The translations under genes were made by a program, and so were the position numbers. From positions 37,199 to 101,198 of the forward strand of contig SVQF01000001.1 of NCBI GenBank assembly GCA_015065445.1: a DNA stretch of 64,000 bases. The letters run 5' to 3'. A model generated the notes under the pieces. It saw only the letters and a program-made list of their open reading frames with translations, was not told the origin of the DNA and did not search any database. Below are positions 54,966-64,000 of this stretch, one piece after another; position 1 is the first letter of the stretch; each line of letters opens with the position of its first letter. The stretch comes from Oscillospiraceae bacterium (GTDB taxonomy: Bacteria > Bacillota > Clostridia > Oscillospirales > Acutalibacteraceae).

Positions 54966-56384
54966 TCAGAACCTGAAGTATAAGAAGGGATTATATGTTT
55001 CGCTTATCATAAGCACGTAGCACAGTAGAAGGAGCATTGGCAGTGCGATAATTTTGAGGGTGCTTACCGCTTTGTACGGCATACGCTCTGCAACGCTTTT
55101 GTAAATCGGCGTTGCACAGAAAGCCGCTGCAAGAATAAGCAGGATGTTTGATGTGAAAAGGTACACCGACTCGCCGTCCGCAATACCGTGTCCGCCGAAG
55201 AACATTGCCGAAATATAGTGCATAGCCTCGGTAAGATTGGGGGCAGAAAAGAATACCCATCCGAGCATTACAATTATAAGGGTTAACACGTGGTTTGCCC
55301 AGGTCGGCATTTTGTCAATCAGTTTTTTGAACACGTATTTTTCCGCAATCAGCAGAACGCCGTAGTACACGCCCCACATAACAAAGTTCCACGCAGCCCC
55401 GTGCCAGAAACCTGTGAGCATCCAGACTACGAAAATGTTAAATATTACCCGTGGCGTTTTTCTGCGGTTGCCGCCGAGCGGAATATAAACATAATCTCTG
55501 AACCAGGTTGAAAGCGATATGTGCCACCTACGCCAGAAGTCGGTAATGCTTTTTGCGATATAGGGATAGTTGAAGTTTTCGTTAAACTTAAATCCGAACA
55601 TTCTGCCGAGTCCGATTGCCATATCTGAGTAGCCCGAAAAATCAAAATATATCTGCAGCGTATAGCAGATAATACCTATCCACGCAGTAAGGGCACTGAT
55701 ACTGAGTGCCTCTTTGGTCTGAATCTGCGTATACACCGCTCCGAGGGTGTTTGCAAAAATAAGTTTTTTTGCAAGACCTACGGTGAATCTTGAAAGTCCT
55801 GCAGAAAACTTGGGAAGCGATTCCCTGCGGTGCAAAAGCTGATGCTCGATTTCTTTATACTTTACAATGGGACCTGCGATTAACTGCGGGAACAGCGAGA
55901 TGTAAAGTGCAAACGATACAAACTTTTTTTGCACGTCAACTTTGCCACGGTACAGGTCGATAATGTACGACATAATCTGGAAGGTATAAAACGAAATACC
56001 TATGGGCAACGCAAGTTCCGGAACTCTGAGGTTTGCACCGAACAGCGAGTTGATGTTCTGCACGAAAAAGCCAAAGTACTTGAAAAAGCCGAGTACCGCA
56101 ATATTGAACACTATGGCAATAACAAACTTTGCCTTAGCCTCTGCAGTTCTGTCGTCCTGCTTTGCGGCGTCAATATCCAGACCGATAACATAGTTAAAAA
56201 CTATGCTTATCAGCATCAGCAGGATATAAACAGGCTCGCCCCATGCGTAAAACAGGAGGCTTGCCGCAAGGAGTATTAAGTTTTTAACCTTGATGTTTTT
56301 TGTGATGAGTCCGCCGACAAGGTAGTAAACAACTACCGTAATCGGCATAAACAGCAGCAAAAAAGTTGATGAGCTGAATACCAT
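54966..56384 (-). CDS. MBOAT-family membrane O-acyltransferase (AlgI/DltB-like)
   Basis: 472 aa and polytopic, with the conserved FWRRWHISL and GFWHG His motifs. Confidence 0.9.
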   Translation of the reverse strand: MVFSSSTFLLLFMPITVVVYYLVGGLITKNIKVKNLILLAASLLFYAWGEPVYILLMLISIVFNYVIGLDIDAAKQDDRTAEAKAKFVIAIVFNIAVLGFFKYFGFFVQNINSLFGANLRVPELALPIGISFYTFQIMSYIIDLYRGKVDVQKKFVSFALYISLFPQLIAGPIVKYKEIEHQLLHRRESLPKFSAGLSRFTVGLAKKLIFANTLGAVYTQIQTKEALSISALTAWIGIICYTLQIYFDFSGYSDMAIGLGRMFGFKFNENFNYPYIAKSITDFWRRWHISLSTWFRDYVYIPLGGNRRKTPRVIFNIFVVWMLTGFWHGAAWNFVMWGVYYGVLLIAEKYVFKKLIDKMPTWANHVLTLIIVMLGWVFFSAPNLTEAMHYISAMFFGGHGIADGESVYLFTSNILLILAAAFCATPIYKSVAERMPYKAVSTLKIIALPMLLLLCYVLMISETYNPFLYFRF

Positions 56385-56407
56385 TATTTGTCCTTAAATA
56401 TGTAAAA

Positions 56408-56896
56408 TCATAGTGCTTTTTTGAATGCGGCGTATGCGTCGTCTGCGTTTTTGCCCGTGCAGTAAAACACGGTGTTGCCGCTTGTTTTAATAACGCTTTC
56501 GCCGAGCAGGTCGTACTGGTCGGGAGCGTAGTTTTTAAACAGATTTTTTTGCGACTCAACCTGCTTTTCTATCTGCCGGGCGACTTCTTTTGCATCCTGC
56601 CTGTCCTTAACTTTTACAATCAGGAGTTCGGACACATCCATAATGTTTTCGTTGGTGTAGTACACAACGCCGTCCGTTTTTGCAAGGTCGAACGAAAATG
56701 TTTTAGCCGCAAAAGCAGCGGGCTTTTTTGTCATCTTTGACACGTCTGCCGCCTTTATAACAGGCTCTGCCACGTCCGTAACGGCTTTGTCTGTGCCGCC
56801 CGAATTTACAGCGAGCAAAATAATCACAAACACAACAAGCACCGCAACGCAGCCAAGTTCTATTGCTGAATATTTATTGTTTTTTATTTTGTTCAT
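56408..56896 (-). CDS. DUF4358-like membrane-anchored protein
   Basis: Starts at MNKIKNNKYSAIELGCVAVLVVF. One TM helix, then an extracytoplasmic domain. It lies in the same operon. Confidence 0.5.
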   Translation of the reverse strand: MNKIKNNKYSAIELGCVAVLVVFVIILLAVNSGGTDKAVTDVAEPVIKAADVSKMTKKPAAFAAKTFSFDLAKTDGVVYYTNENIMDVSELLIVKVKDRQDAKEVARQIEKQVESQKNLFKNYAPDQYDLLGESVIKTSGNTVFYCTGKNADDAYAAFKKAL

Positions 56897-57671
56897 TGCT
56901 GACCCTTTCCAGAATAAACGGCAGATACTGCACTGTGTAAAATTTCTTAAGCGGATGCACGCCGTCGGCGTCGTAATAATTTTCGTCAAACGACTTCCAC
57001 ATAGAGTTGTAGTTAATATAAGTTACGCCGAGCTCCTCTGCCATCTCTTTAATGCAGGTGTTGTAGTACGGAATGTTTTTAAGATACGGCTCTTTTTTAA
57101 ACGCCTTTTTCTGCACGGGAAAAATGCTGTCCACATAGATTTTGGTGTTAGGCAGTTTTTTCTGCAGCGTCTTAATGCAGGCTGCATAGGCGTTTTTAAA
57201 CTCGTGAGCGTGTTTTTTTGTGGTAACTTCGTTTTCGCCGTAGTGCAGAATAAGATACTTGGGCTTTGCCTTGACGATTTTTTTGATATTCTTTTTAAGA
57301 TATATGCTGCCTGCGTTGATTTCGGCAATAACCTGCGACTTGTCAAGAATACCGTACTCCCAGATTGCCTTTACAATACTGTCGCCCGAAATAACGATAT
57401 GCTTGAAGGCAGGTTTGTAGTTGCGTGTTTTGCGTGCCTTTGCATTGATTTCGTTTGCACGGGCAATATCGTACGCCTCCTGAGCGTCTTTTACAAGGCT
57501 TGCGGCAGCGTCGCCGTCCTTTTTTTCCTGTGCGGCGAGGTACGAAACGCCTTTTTCGGTGTTGTTTTTATCGGTTTTCTGCGGTGCGGCAACAACAAAA
57601 AGACGAATGGACATTGTGCCAATCGCAATTACAAGTATTAACGGTAAAATTCTCATTAATTTTTTTCTCAT
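56874..57671 (-). CDS. SGNH/GDSL hydrolase or acyl-esterase
   Basis: Block I VISGDSIV, and a DGVHP block near the C-terminus. N-terminal signal/anchor. Confidence 0.8.
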   Translation of the reverse strand: MRKKLMRILPLILVIAIGTMSIRLFVVAAPQKTDKNNTEKGVSYLAAQEKKDGDAAASLVKDAQEAYDIARANEINAKARKTRNYKPAFKHIVISGDSIVKAIWEYGILDKSQVIAEINAGSIYLKKNIKKIVKAKPKYLILHYGENEVTTKKHAHEFKNAYAACIKTLQKKLPNTKIYVDSIFPVQKKAFKKEPYLKNIPYYNTCIKEMAEELGVTYINYNSMWKSFDENYYDADGVHPLKKFYTVQYLPFILERVSNEQNKKQ

Positions 57672-57870
57672 TATGCCGCCTCAAAATGTGTTTTTTCTTT
57701 AAGTCAAGGCTATTCTATCACAAGCAAAATAGTAATGCAATCACAGTTTTAAGTATTTTTAATTTTTTTGTAAGATTTTTTATTTATTCACCTTTTTCTT
57801 TTCAAAATTTTTGAAATTCTGTAAAATTTGCACTAAAAAACCGCCTTTTGTTTTCGCAATACAGTGCCAC

Positions 57871-57899
57871 TTGAAAATATAGCATAAATGCTTTATACT
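57871..57899 (+). promoter_or_regulatory. Candidate sigma-A promoter
   Basis: TTGAAA, a 17-nt spacer, then TATACT. It ends 18 nt upstream of ATG 57917. Confidence 0.5.
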
Positions 57900-57916
57900 A
57901 AAGAGGGTGACAAAAT

Positions 57917-58846
57917 ATGAAAAACAAAGGTAAAAAAGGTAGAATATTAAAGAAAATACTCGTTACATTCGTGTGCGTGGTGCTTGTTCTTGTTCTGGGA
58001 TTCGGCACGGCTGATATGATTTACTATCCGCAGTATAAAAAAAGCACCGCAAGTTTTGACGTGTCGCAAAACAGTACGCAGGGCGAAATAACCGTTATGA
58101 GTGCCAACGTACGCACCTGGAGTCCGACGGACGTGGGTAAGAAAAGCTGGTTTTACCGTGCTGATTTGATAATTAACAACATAGCCTCCGTCAAGCCCGA
58201 CATCATCGGTTTTCAGGAGGTTACACGAATGCACTACTCGTACCTCACAAACGCACTGAAGGGGTACGACAACATTCTTCAGTACCGTGACAACAGCAAA
58301 CTGTCGGAGGGTTGCCCCGTATTTTACAACACGGCACGCTTTGACCTTAAGGACAAAGGCTCCTTCTGGCTGAGCGAAACACCCGACGTAATGAGCAAGG
58401 ACTGGGGCTCGGTATACTACCGCATATGCTCGTACGTCATACTCGTCGACAAAAGCACGGGCAAAGAGCTTGTTGTGTTTAACACACACCTTGACAACGT
58501 AAGCGATACGGCAAGGATAAACGGCATAAACGTCGTTCTTGACAAGATAAAGCAGTTTGGCGGGCTGCCGAGCATAATTATGGGCGACTTCAACGCTGAC
58601 GAGAGCAGTTCCACCTACAAGGCGGCAACAGAGTTGTTCCTCGACGCAAAGTATCAGACCGAAAACACCGACAGCGGAGCAACGTATCAGGGCTTTGGCA
58701 GGCAGCTTGAACGTGAAAACATCGACTATTTTATGATTTCAAAGCAGGGCATTAAGGTAAACGAATACAAAATTATTGACACCACATACGACGGCGTGTA
58801 CCCCAGCGACCACTTTTCAATCGCATTAAAAATAGAACTCACTTGA
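57917..58846 (+). CDS. Endonuclease/exonuclease/phosphatase (EEP) family protein, membrane-anchored
   Basis: MSANVR, GFQEV, NTHLD, GDFN and PSDH motifs. Confidence 0.85.
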   Translation: MKNKGKKGRILKKILVTFVCVVLVLVLGFGTADMIYYPQYKKSTASFDVSQNSTQGEITVMSANVRTWSPTDVGKKSWFYRADLIINNIASVKPDIIGFQEVTRMHYSYLTNALKGYDNILQYRDNSKLSEGCPVFYNTARFDLKDKGSFWLSETPDVMSKDWGSVYYRICSYVILVDKSTGKELVVFNTHLDNVSDTARINGINVVLDKIKQFGGLPSIIMGDFNADESSSTYKAATELFLDAKYQTENTDSGATYQGFGRQLERENIDYFMISKQGIKVNEYKIIDTTYDGVYPSDHFSIALKIELT

Positions 58847-58896
58847 CATTTTAACCGCAAACTTATAAAATAATAAAAAACTACGGAGCAGATATT

Positions 58897-59565
58897 ATGG
58901 CAGAATTTAAAGTTATTGAAATTAAAAAATCGGTTTTTGAAAACAACGACCGTGAAGCAGATAAGCTTCGTGACGAACTCAGGGGCAGTAAAACATTTTT
59001 GCTCAACCTTATGTCGTCCCCCGGCAGCGGCAAAACAACAACGCTCAGGCAGACAATCGCACGCCTTAAAGACGAGTACAAAATGGGCGTTATGGAGGCG
59101 GATATTGACAGCGATGTTGACGCCAGAACAATTGCCGAAACAGGCGTTCAGTCAATTCAGCTGCACACCGGCGGTATGTGCCACCTTGACGCAGGAATGA
59201 CTAAGCAGGGACTTGACAGTATTGATGCCGACGAGTTTGACTTTATAGTGCTTGAAAACGTGGGCAATCTTGTTTGTCCCGCAGAATTTGACACGGGTGC
59301 AAGCAAAAACGCTATGATTTTGTCCGTACCCGAGGGCGACGACAAGCCGCTCAAATACCCGCTTATGTTCTCTATTTGCGACGCCGTAATCATAAACAAA
59401 ATCGACACAAAGGTTGTGTTTGACTTTGATGACGACGCAGTTGTTGAGCGTATTAAAAAACTCAACCCGAAGGCTGAAATTTTCTTCATTTCGGCAAAGA
59501 CGGGCGAAGGCGTTGACGCCTGGTGCGACTGGCTCAGAGGTCAGATTGACGAGTGGAATAAATAA
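58897..59565 (+). CDS. hypB: HypB-type G3E GTPase (hydrogenase nickel incorporation)
   Basis: SSPGSGKTT P-loop, ENVGNLVCP and INKID. Confidence 0.85.
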   Translation: MAEFKVIEIKKSVFENNDREADKLRDELRGSKTFLLNLMSSPGSGKTTTLRQTIARLKDEYKMGVMEADIDSDVDARTIAETGVQSIQLHTGGMCHLDAGMTKQGLDSIDADEFDFIVLENVGNLVCPAEFDTGASKNAMILSVPEGDDKPLKYPLMFSICDAVIINKIDTKVVFDFDDDAVVERIKKLNPKAEIFFISAKTGEGVDAWCDWLRGQIDEWNK

Positions 59566-59577
59566 TCTGTTAAACAA

Positions 59578-59612
59578 AACAGGCTGTTTCAAAAGAAACA
59601 GCCTGTTTTTTT
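59578..59612. terminator. Bidirectional terminator
   Basis: aacaggctgtttc / gaaacagcctgtt stem followed by a T-run. Confidence 0.75.
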
Positions 59613-60285
59613 ATTCATAGTATTTTGCGAGTTTCGGAAAACGGTTGTAAAACTCAAAATGCTTTTCCATTAATTTGTCAAAATATGCAATCAGATTGCC
59701 GTTAAGTACAACAATAACAAACGTACCCCACGTTATACCGACAAATTTGCCAAAAAGCACAAGTGTCAGTATTACGCTTGCCGCAAGGTAAACGGCGTCG
59801 TTTATCAGCTTTGTTTTGCGAAGGTCGGTGTGCTTTTCCTTCACAAGCGTTCTTACAAAATAATCATAAGCACAGGGCGGGAGATACGTTTTGATAAACA
59901 GTTCCACGCCGATTGCAGTCAGCACGATGCCGAGTGCAAACAGTATCAGCCTTTGCCACAGCTGAGTTGCCTCGAACGGCGACAGCAGAAAAATGTAGCC
60001 GTCCAGCACCGTTCCGTAAATTATTGCGGACAAAAACGAGGTAAGATAAATCAGTCTGAATTTGCCGACTGCCGCTGCCATAAGCAGCAGAATAACCGTC
60101 TGGAGTATGTACTCCGCCTGCCCGTAAGTCAGAAAACTGACACGCTCGCTGATAATAAACGTGGGGGCGGCAATCATTGACAGTCCGAGGTTTGCCTTGG
60201 TCATAATCGCTACCGCAAACGGCAATACGAGCATTCCCCATACGTATGCCGCCTCACGTGATAAGCGAAAGCGTTTGTTACTCAT
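59611..60285 (-). CDS. YczE/YitT-like polytopic membrane protein
   Basis: Starts at MSNKRFRLS. About six TM helices. Confidence 0.55.
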   Translation of the reverse strand: MSNKRFRLSREAAYVWGMLVLPFAVAIMTKANLGLSMIAAPTFIISERVSFLTYGQAEYILQTVILLLMAAAVGKFRLIYLTSFLSAIIYGTVLDGYIFLLSPFEATQLWQRLILFALGIVLTAIGVELFIKTYLPPCAYDYFVRTLVKEKHTDLRKTKLINDAVYLAASVILTLVLFGKFVGITWGTFVIVVLNGNLIAYFDKLMEKHFEFYNRFPKLAKYYE

Positions 60286-60823
60286 AAATCTCTCTTTTAA
60301 GCGAGCCGATATACGGCAGGTTGCGGTACTTCTGGTCAAAGTCAAGACCGTAGCCGACTACAAATTCATCCGGAACGTCGCAGCCCACGTAGTCGGGCGT
60401 GAGGTCAACAACCCTGCGTGCAGGCTTGTCAAGAAGCGTGCATATAGAAATTGACCTTGCATTGCGTGCTTTGAGAAGATTGCTGACGTACTGCAGGGTT
60501 CTGCCCGAGTCGAGAATGTCCTCAATAAGAAGAACGTCGTAACCTTCGAGGTCTATGTCAATATCCTTTATAATCTTGACCGAACCCGATGACCGTGTGC
60601 CGCTGCCGTAACTTGACACTGCAAGAAAGTCTATTTTAAGCGGCAGGTCAATATGCCTTGTAAGGTCGGTCATAAAATAAACCGAGCCTTTGAGAATGCC
60701 TACAACAAGCAGGTTTTTATCTCTGAAGTCCTGCGTAATCTGAGCACCGAGACGGGCATTAATTTCCTTAAGGTCCGCCTCGGACACAAGTACTTCGTTA
60801 ATATCGTTATTAAGTGTTTTCAT
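60278..60823 (-). CDS. hpt: Hypoxanthine phosphoribosyltransferase
   Basis: The PRPP motif VLLIEDILDSGRT and DFLAVSSYG are both present. Starts at MKTLNNDI. Confidence 0.9.
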   Translation of the reverse strand: MKTLNNDINEVLVSEADLKEINARLGAQITQDFRDKNLLVVGILKGSVYFMTDLTRHIDLPLKIDFLAVSSYGSGTRSSGSVKIIKDIDIDLEGYDVLLIEDILDSGRTLQYVSNLLKARNARSISICTLLDKPARRVVDLTPDYVGCDVPDEFVVGYGLDFDQKYRNLPYIGSLKREIYE

Positions 60824-60836
60824 AATATCACCTGGG

Positions 60837-61817
60837 TTATCTGTCCTCACGGAAGTATGAAAGTCCGAGAGATGCGGGTGGCTGATGCTCCTTCTTCTTA
60901 CGTGCCGAAACAATTACAAGCACAAGGATTGTTACAACGTACGGAAGCATCTGGATAAGCGGAATGTACGTCATCGGAACGCTGAGATAGTTGAAAAGAA
61001 TGTACAAAGCGCCGAATACATACGAGCCGATTATTGCAAGGCTCGGCTTCCAGATTGCGAAAATAACGATTGCGATTGCAAGCCAGCCTCTGTCGCCAAA
61101 GCCGTTGTTTGACCATATGCCGTTGCTGTAGTCCATAACATAGTACAGTCCGCCGAGACCTGCTATTACGCCGCCTATTAACGTTGCACCGTACTTGTAA
61201 GCACTTACGTTAACGCCTGCAGCGTCGGCAGTTGCAGGGCTTTCACCTACTGCACGGAGTTTAAGTCCAAGCTTTGTTTTGTTAAGAATAACGCTTGCCA
61301 CAACTGCAATTATTACTGCAAGATACACCATAAAGCCGTAGGAGAAAATCATTTTTCCGAAAGCACCCATATTCTCTGCGAACGGAAGTGCTTTTTTGAA
61401 TGCGTTTGCGGTGTCGGTAAGAGCGAGATAAGGAACGTCGCTCTTTAAAACCTTGATGAGCGAACCGCCGAAGAAGTTACCAAAGCCTACGCCGAAAGTT
61501 GTGAGTGCAAGACCCGTTACGTTCTGGTTTGCTCTGAGTGTGATTGTGAGGAAGCAGTAAATCAGCGTTACGAGGAACGAACCGATAAGACTTGCAACAA
61601 GCGGGATAAGCACTGCAAGAAAATGGTTTACGTATTCTGTGTGCGACTGATAGAAAAATGCACCGATAACACCCGAAATGGCGCCAACATACATAATGCC
61701 CGGAATACCGAGGTTAAGGTTGCCCGATTTTTCGGTAATAATTTCGCCTGTTGCACCGTAAAGAAGGGGTGTGCCCTGCATAATTGAACGAGTGATAAAC
61801 TGAAAAATCAAATCCAT
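60837..61817 (-). CDS. ABC transporter permease (BMP/nucleoside type, NupQ/YufQ-like)
   Basis: 326-aa polytopic protein, third gene in an ATPase-permease-permease order. Confidence 0.85.
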   Translation of the reverse strand: MDLIFQFITRSIMQGTPLLYGATGEIITEKSGNLNLGIPGIMYVGAISGVIGAFFYQSHTEYVNHFLAVLIPLVASLIGSFLVTLIYCFLTITLRANQNVTGLALTTFGVGFGNFFGGSLIKVLKSDVPYLALTDTANAFKKALPFAENMGAFGKMIFSYGFMVYLAVIIAVVASVILNKTKLGLKLRAVGESPATADAAGVNVSAYKYGATLIGGVIAGLGGLYYVMDYSNGIWSNNGFGDRGWLAIAIVIFAIWKPSLAIIGSYVFGALYILFNYLSVPMTYIPLIQMLPYVVTILVLVIVSARKKKEHQPPASLGLSYFREDR

Positions 61818-61818
61818 A

Positions 61819-62925
61819 TTATTTATCCTCCTTCACTGCTTTTTTGCTGTTTCTGAAGTGAACTTTGTAGTTGATGAAAAATTCACAGCCAATAATGAAG
61901 AACAGGATTATACCTGTAAGTATCTCTGAAAAGTCTGTGCTAAGACTGATTTTGGGGTCTTTTACCAGTTCGGTTGCACCGATGTCAAGAGCAACAAGTA
62001 AAAGAGAAGTAAGCACCATATAAAGCGGATTGAACTTTGCAAGCCACGATACCATAATTGCGGTAAAGCCTCTGCCGCCTGCGATATTTGAGTCGATGGA
62101 GTGCGACGAGCCGCCTACTATCAAAAGACCTGCAACACCGCAGATAGCACCCGAGAGTGCCATAGTTCTGACAATTACCTTTTTAACGTTGATGCCGATG
62201 TAGCGTGCGGTGTTTTCACTTTCGCCGACTACAAGGAGCTCGTAACCGTGTTTGCTCTGCTTTAAGTAAACATACAAAACAATTGTGATTACTGCAACAA
62301 TGATGATGTTAAGAATATAGTCCGCACCGAAAACTTTGGGGAACCAGCCGTGCGAGAGCAGGTTGGGACCTACTGTGTTTGAACCGCTCTTGTCGGCGAT
62401 TTTGAGGAAGTACTCAATAAGCTGGATTGCAACGTAGTTCATCATAAGGGTGAACAGCGTTTCGTTAGTACCCCAGTGAGCCTTGAAAAATGCGGGGATA
62501 ACCGCCCATATGCAAGCCGCTGCGACTGCACATACGGTCATTATTACAATCAGAAGTGCGTCGGGAACTTTGCCGCCGAGGTAGAACATACACATCGCCG
62601 TTGACAGAGCACCCATAAGCACCTGACCTTCGGCGCCGATGTTCCAGAATCTCATTCTGAAAGCGGGCGTTACGGCAAGCGAAACGCAAAGAAGAATTGC
62701 AACTTCGTGAATTGTTACAAGCACCTGTCCTTTGCCGAACGCACCCGTAATAATCGTTTTGTAAACGGCGATTGGGTTGATGCCTGTAAAAAGTTTTGTG
62801 ATAATTCCGCACACAATGAGTGCCAGAATAATGGCAATTGCTCTGACGAGAATTCCCGTTTTAGTGGACACGTCGGTGCGTTTGGTGATATGGATTAAAG
62901 GCTCATTCTTCTTCATTTTCTGCAC
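61819..62925 (-). CDS. ABC transporter permease (NupP/YufP-like)
   Basis: 368-aa polytopic protein. Confidence 0.85.
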   Translation of the reverse strand: MQKMKKNEPLIHITKRTDVSTKTGILVRAIAIILALIVCGIITKLFTGINPIAVYKTIITGAFGKGQVLVTIHEVAILLCVSLAVTPAFRMRFWNIGAEGQVLMGALSTAMCMFYLGGKVPDALLIVIMTVCAVAAACIWAVIPAFFKAHWGTNETLFTLMMNYVAIQLIEYFLKIADKSGSNTVGPNLLSHGWFPKVFGADYILNIIIVAVITIVLYVYLKQSKHGYELLVVGESENTARYIGINVKKVIVRTMALSGAICGVAGLLIVGGSSHSIDSNIAGGRGFTAIMVSWLAKFNPLYMVLTSLLLVALDIGATELVKDPKISLSTDFSEILTGIILFFIIGCEFFINYKVHFRNSKKAVKEDK

Positions 62926-64000
62926 CTCCGTTTGTCTTGGTCATCAGCAAGCCGATTTCCTCTTTCTTGGCGGTTCGTCCGTCAACAACGCCCGTAACCT
63001 CGCCCGAGTTGATAACCATAATTCTGTCGCAAAGGGCAATAAGAACGTCGAGGTCCTCGCCGACAAATATAATCGAAACGCCCTTTTCTTTCTGCTCGTT
63101 AAGCAGATTGTAAATAGTGTAAGACGAGTTTATGTCGAGTCCTCTTACGGGATAAGCCACCATAAGAAGTCTTGGCTCGAGTGCGATTTCACGGCCTACA
63201 AGGATTTTCTGAACGTTACCGCCCGAAAGACGGCGAACAGGTGTGTTTGTGCCGGGTGTTACAACCTCGAGTTCGTCAATAATCTCTTCCGCAAGTTTTT
63301 TAGGCTGCTTTCTGTCAAGGAATTCGCCCTTGCCGTTTTTGTAAGAACGCAGCATCATATTGTCGGTAATGTCCATATTGCCTACAAGACCCATACCGAG
63401 TCTGTCTTCGGGAACAAACGACATAGCAACGCCGAGCTTTCTGATTTCTCTCGGGGTTTTGCCCACAAGCTGCTGCTCAACGTCGTCTGAGTCAGTGTAA
63501 AGAATGCTTGAGCCTTTTTCACAAAGCTGAAGTCCTGCGATTGACTCGAGCAGTTCTTTCTGTCCTGAGCCCGAAATGCCTGCGATACCGAAAATCTCGC
63601 CGCTGTTTACGGTAAATTTTACGTCGGTGAGTGCTTTTGAGCCGTCCCTCTTTTTAACGTTGAGGTTGCGGACAACGAGTCGGGTTTCGGGATTTACAGG
63701 GTCTTTTCTTTCGATGTTGAGGTCAACTTTTGCACCGACCATCGCCTCTGTAAGACTCTGCTCTGTTGCGTCTGCGGTGTTTACGGTGCCTACGTTCTCG
63801 CCTTTGCGGAGAATTGCGACTCTGTCGGATATTTCGAGTACCTCGTGGAGTTTGTGCGTAATGATGATAACGGTCTTGTTGTCGTGTTTCATATTACGCA
63901 GTACAGAAAAGAGTTTTTGCGTTTCCTGCGGGGTGAGTACCGCCGTAGGCTCGTCGAGGATGAGTATGTCTGCACCTCTGTAAAGCACCTTTATAATTTC
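62903..64000 (-). CDS. ABC transporter ATP-binding protein with duplicated NBD (NupO/YufO-like), N-terminus outside window
   Basis: ILILDEPT Walker B of the first NBD, GISGSGQ Walker A, LSGGN signature and a second Walker B. The frame is open to the window edge. Confidence 0.85.
   Translation of the reverse strand, partial: EIIKVLYRGADILILDEPTAVLTPQETQKLFSVLRNMKHDNKTVIIITHKLHEVLEISDRVAILRKGENVGTVNTADATEQSLTEAMVGAKVDLNIERKDPVNPETRLVVRNLNVKKRDGSKALTDVKFTVNSGEIFGIAGISGSGQKELLESIAGLQLCEKGSSILYTDSDDVEQQLVGKTPREIRKLGVAMSFVPEDRLGMGLVGNMDITDNMMLRSYKNGKGEFLDRKQPKKLAEEIIDELEVVTPGTNTPVRRLSGGNVQKILVGREIALEPRLLMVAYPVRGLDINSSYTIYNLLNEQKEKGVSIIFVGEDLDVLIALCDRIMVINSGEVTGVVDGRTAKKEEIGLLMTKTNGGAENEEE

Noticed and set aside
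53597-56559. Numerous 60-120-aa ORFs on both strands within the DHHW/MBOAT region (for example 53597..53875, 54174..54407, 55929..56279)
   Set aside because: They are antisense or out-of-frame shadows of long, motif-bearing genes in GC-richer DNA.
1-64000. CRISPR arrays, rRNA genes or complete tRNA genes
   Set aside because: Reading through the intergenic regions, I saw no regularly spaced direct repeats, no rRNA-like conserved blocks and no full cloverleaf.

Overview
This is low-GC, Firmicutes/Clostridia-type DNA. Positions 1 to about 51.9 kb are the right-hand part of an integrative conjugative element (ICE); its left end lies outside the window. The ICE has four parts. (1) A Gram-positive type IV secretion block at 1-6.8 kb: Maff2/VirB2-like protein, VirB6-like protein, PrgI, VirB4 ATPase, sortase B, Cys-rich VLP protein and a CHAP/NlpC-P60 wall hydrolase. 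(2) A cargo region of about 38 kb at 7-45 kb. (3) A regulatory block: LexA-like repressor, ImmA/IrrE protease, two Com-like zinc ribbons and a sigma-70-like protein. (4) A surface LRR protein, a MazF fusion, Xis and a tyrosine integrase at 50.3-51.8 kb. A second small low-GC islet (51.9-53.6 kb) follows. Visibly higher-GC chromosomal genes then run to the end: a DHHW/MBOAT/SGNH O-acylation cassette, an EEP nuclease/phosphatase, hypB, hpt and a nucleoside-type ABC transporter. The cargo carries recognisable defence systems: a TerY-P triad (vWA, PP2C, Ser/Thr kinase), a Type III restriction-modification system and MazF. The most unusual content is three separate operons, each built around a soluble VirD4/TraG-family NTPase that lacks the membrane anchor. 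One pairs the NTPase with a complete ClpP protease. One pairs it with a transglutaminase-like cysteine protease and an apparently P-loop-dead paralogue. One pairs it with TPR/Sel1 repeat proteins. I cannot assign these to any described system and regard them as candidate novel conflict/defence modules. A near-canonical type I hammerhead ribozyme lies inside the TerY-P operon. A GC-rich non-coding segment of about 216 nt flanked by 8-bp direct repeats lies after the sigma gene. Two cargo genes carry single in-frame stop codons. All calls come from reading the sequence and ORF translations by eye; no database search or folding program was run.
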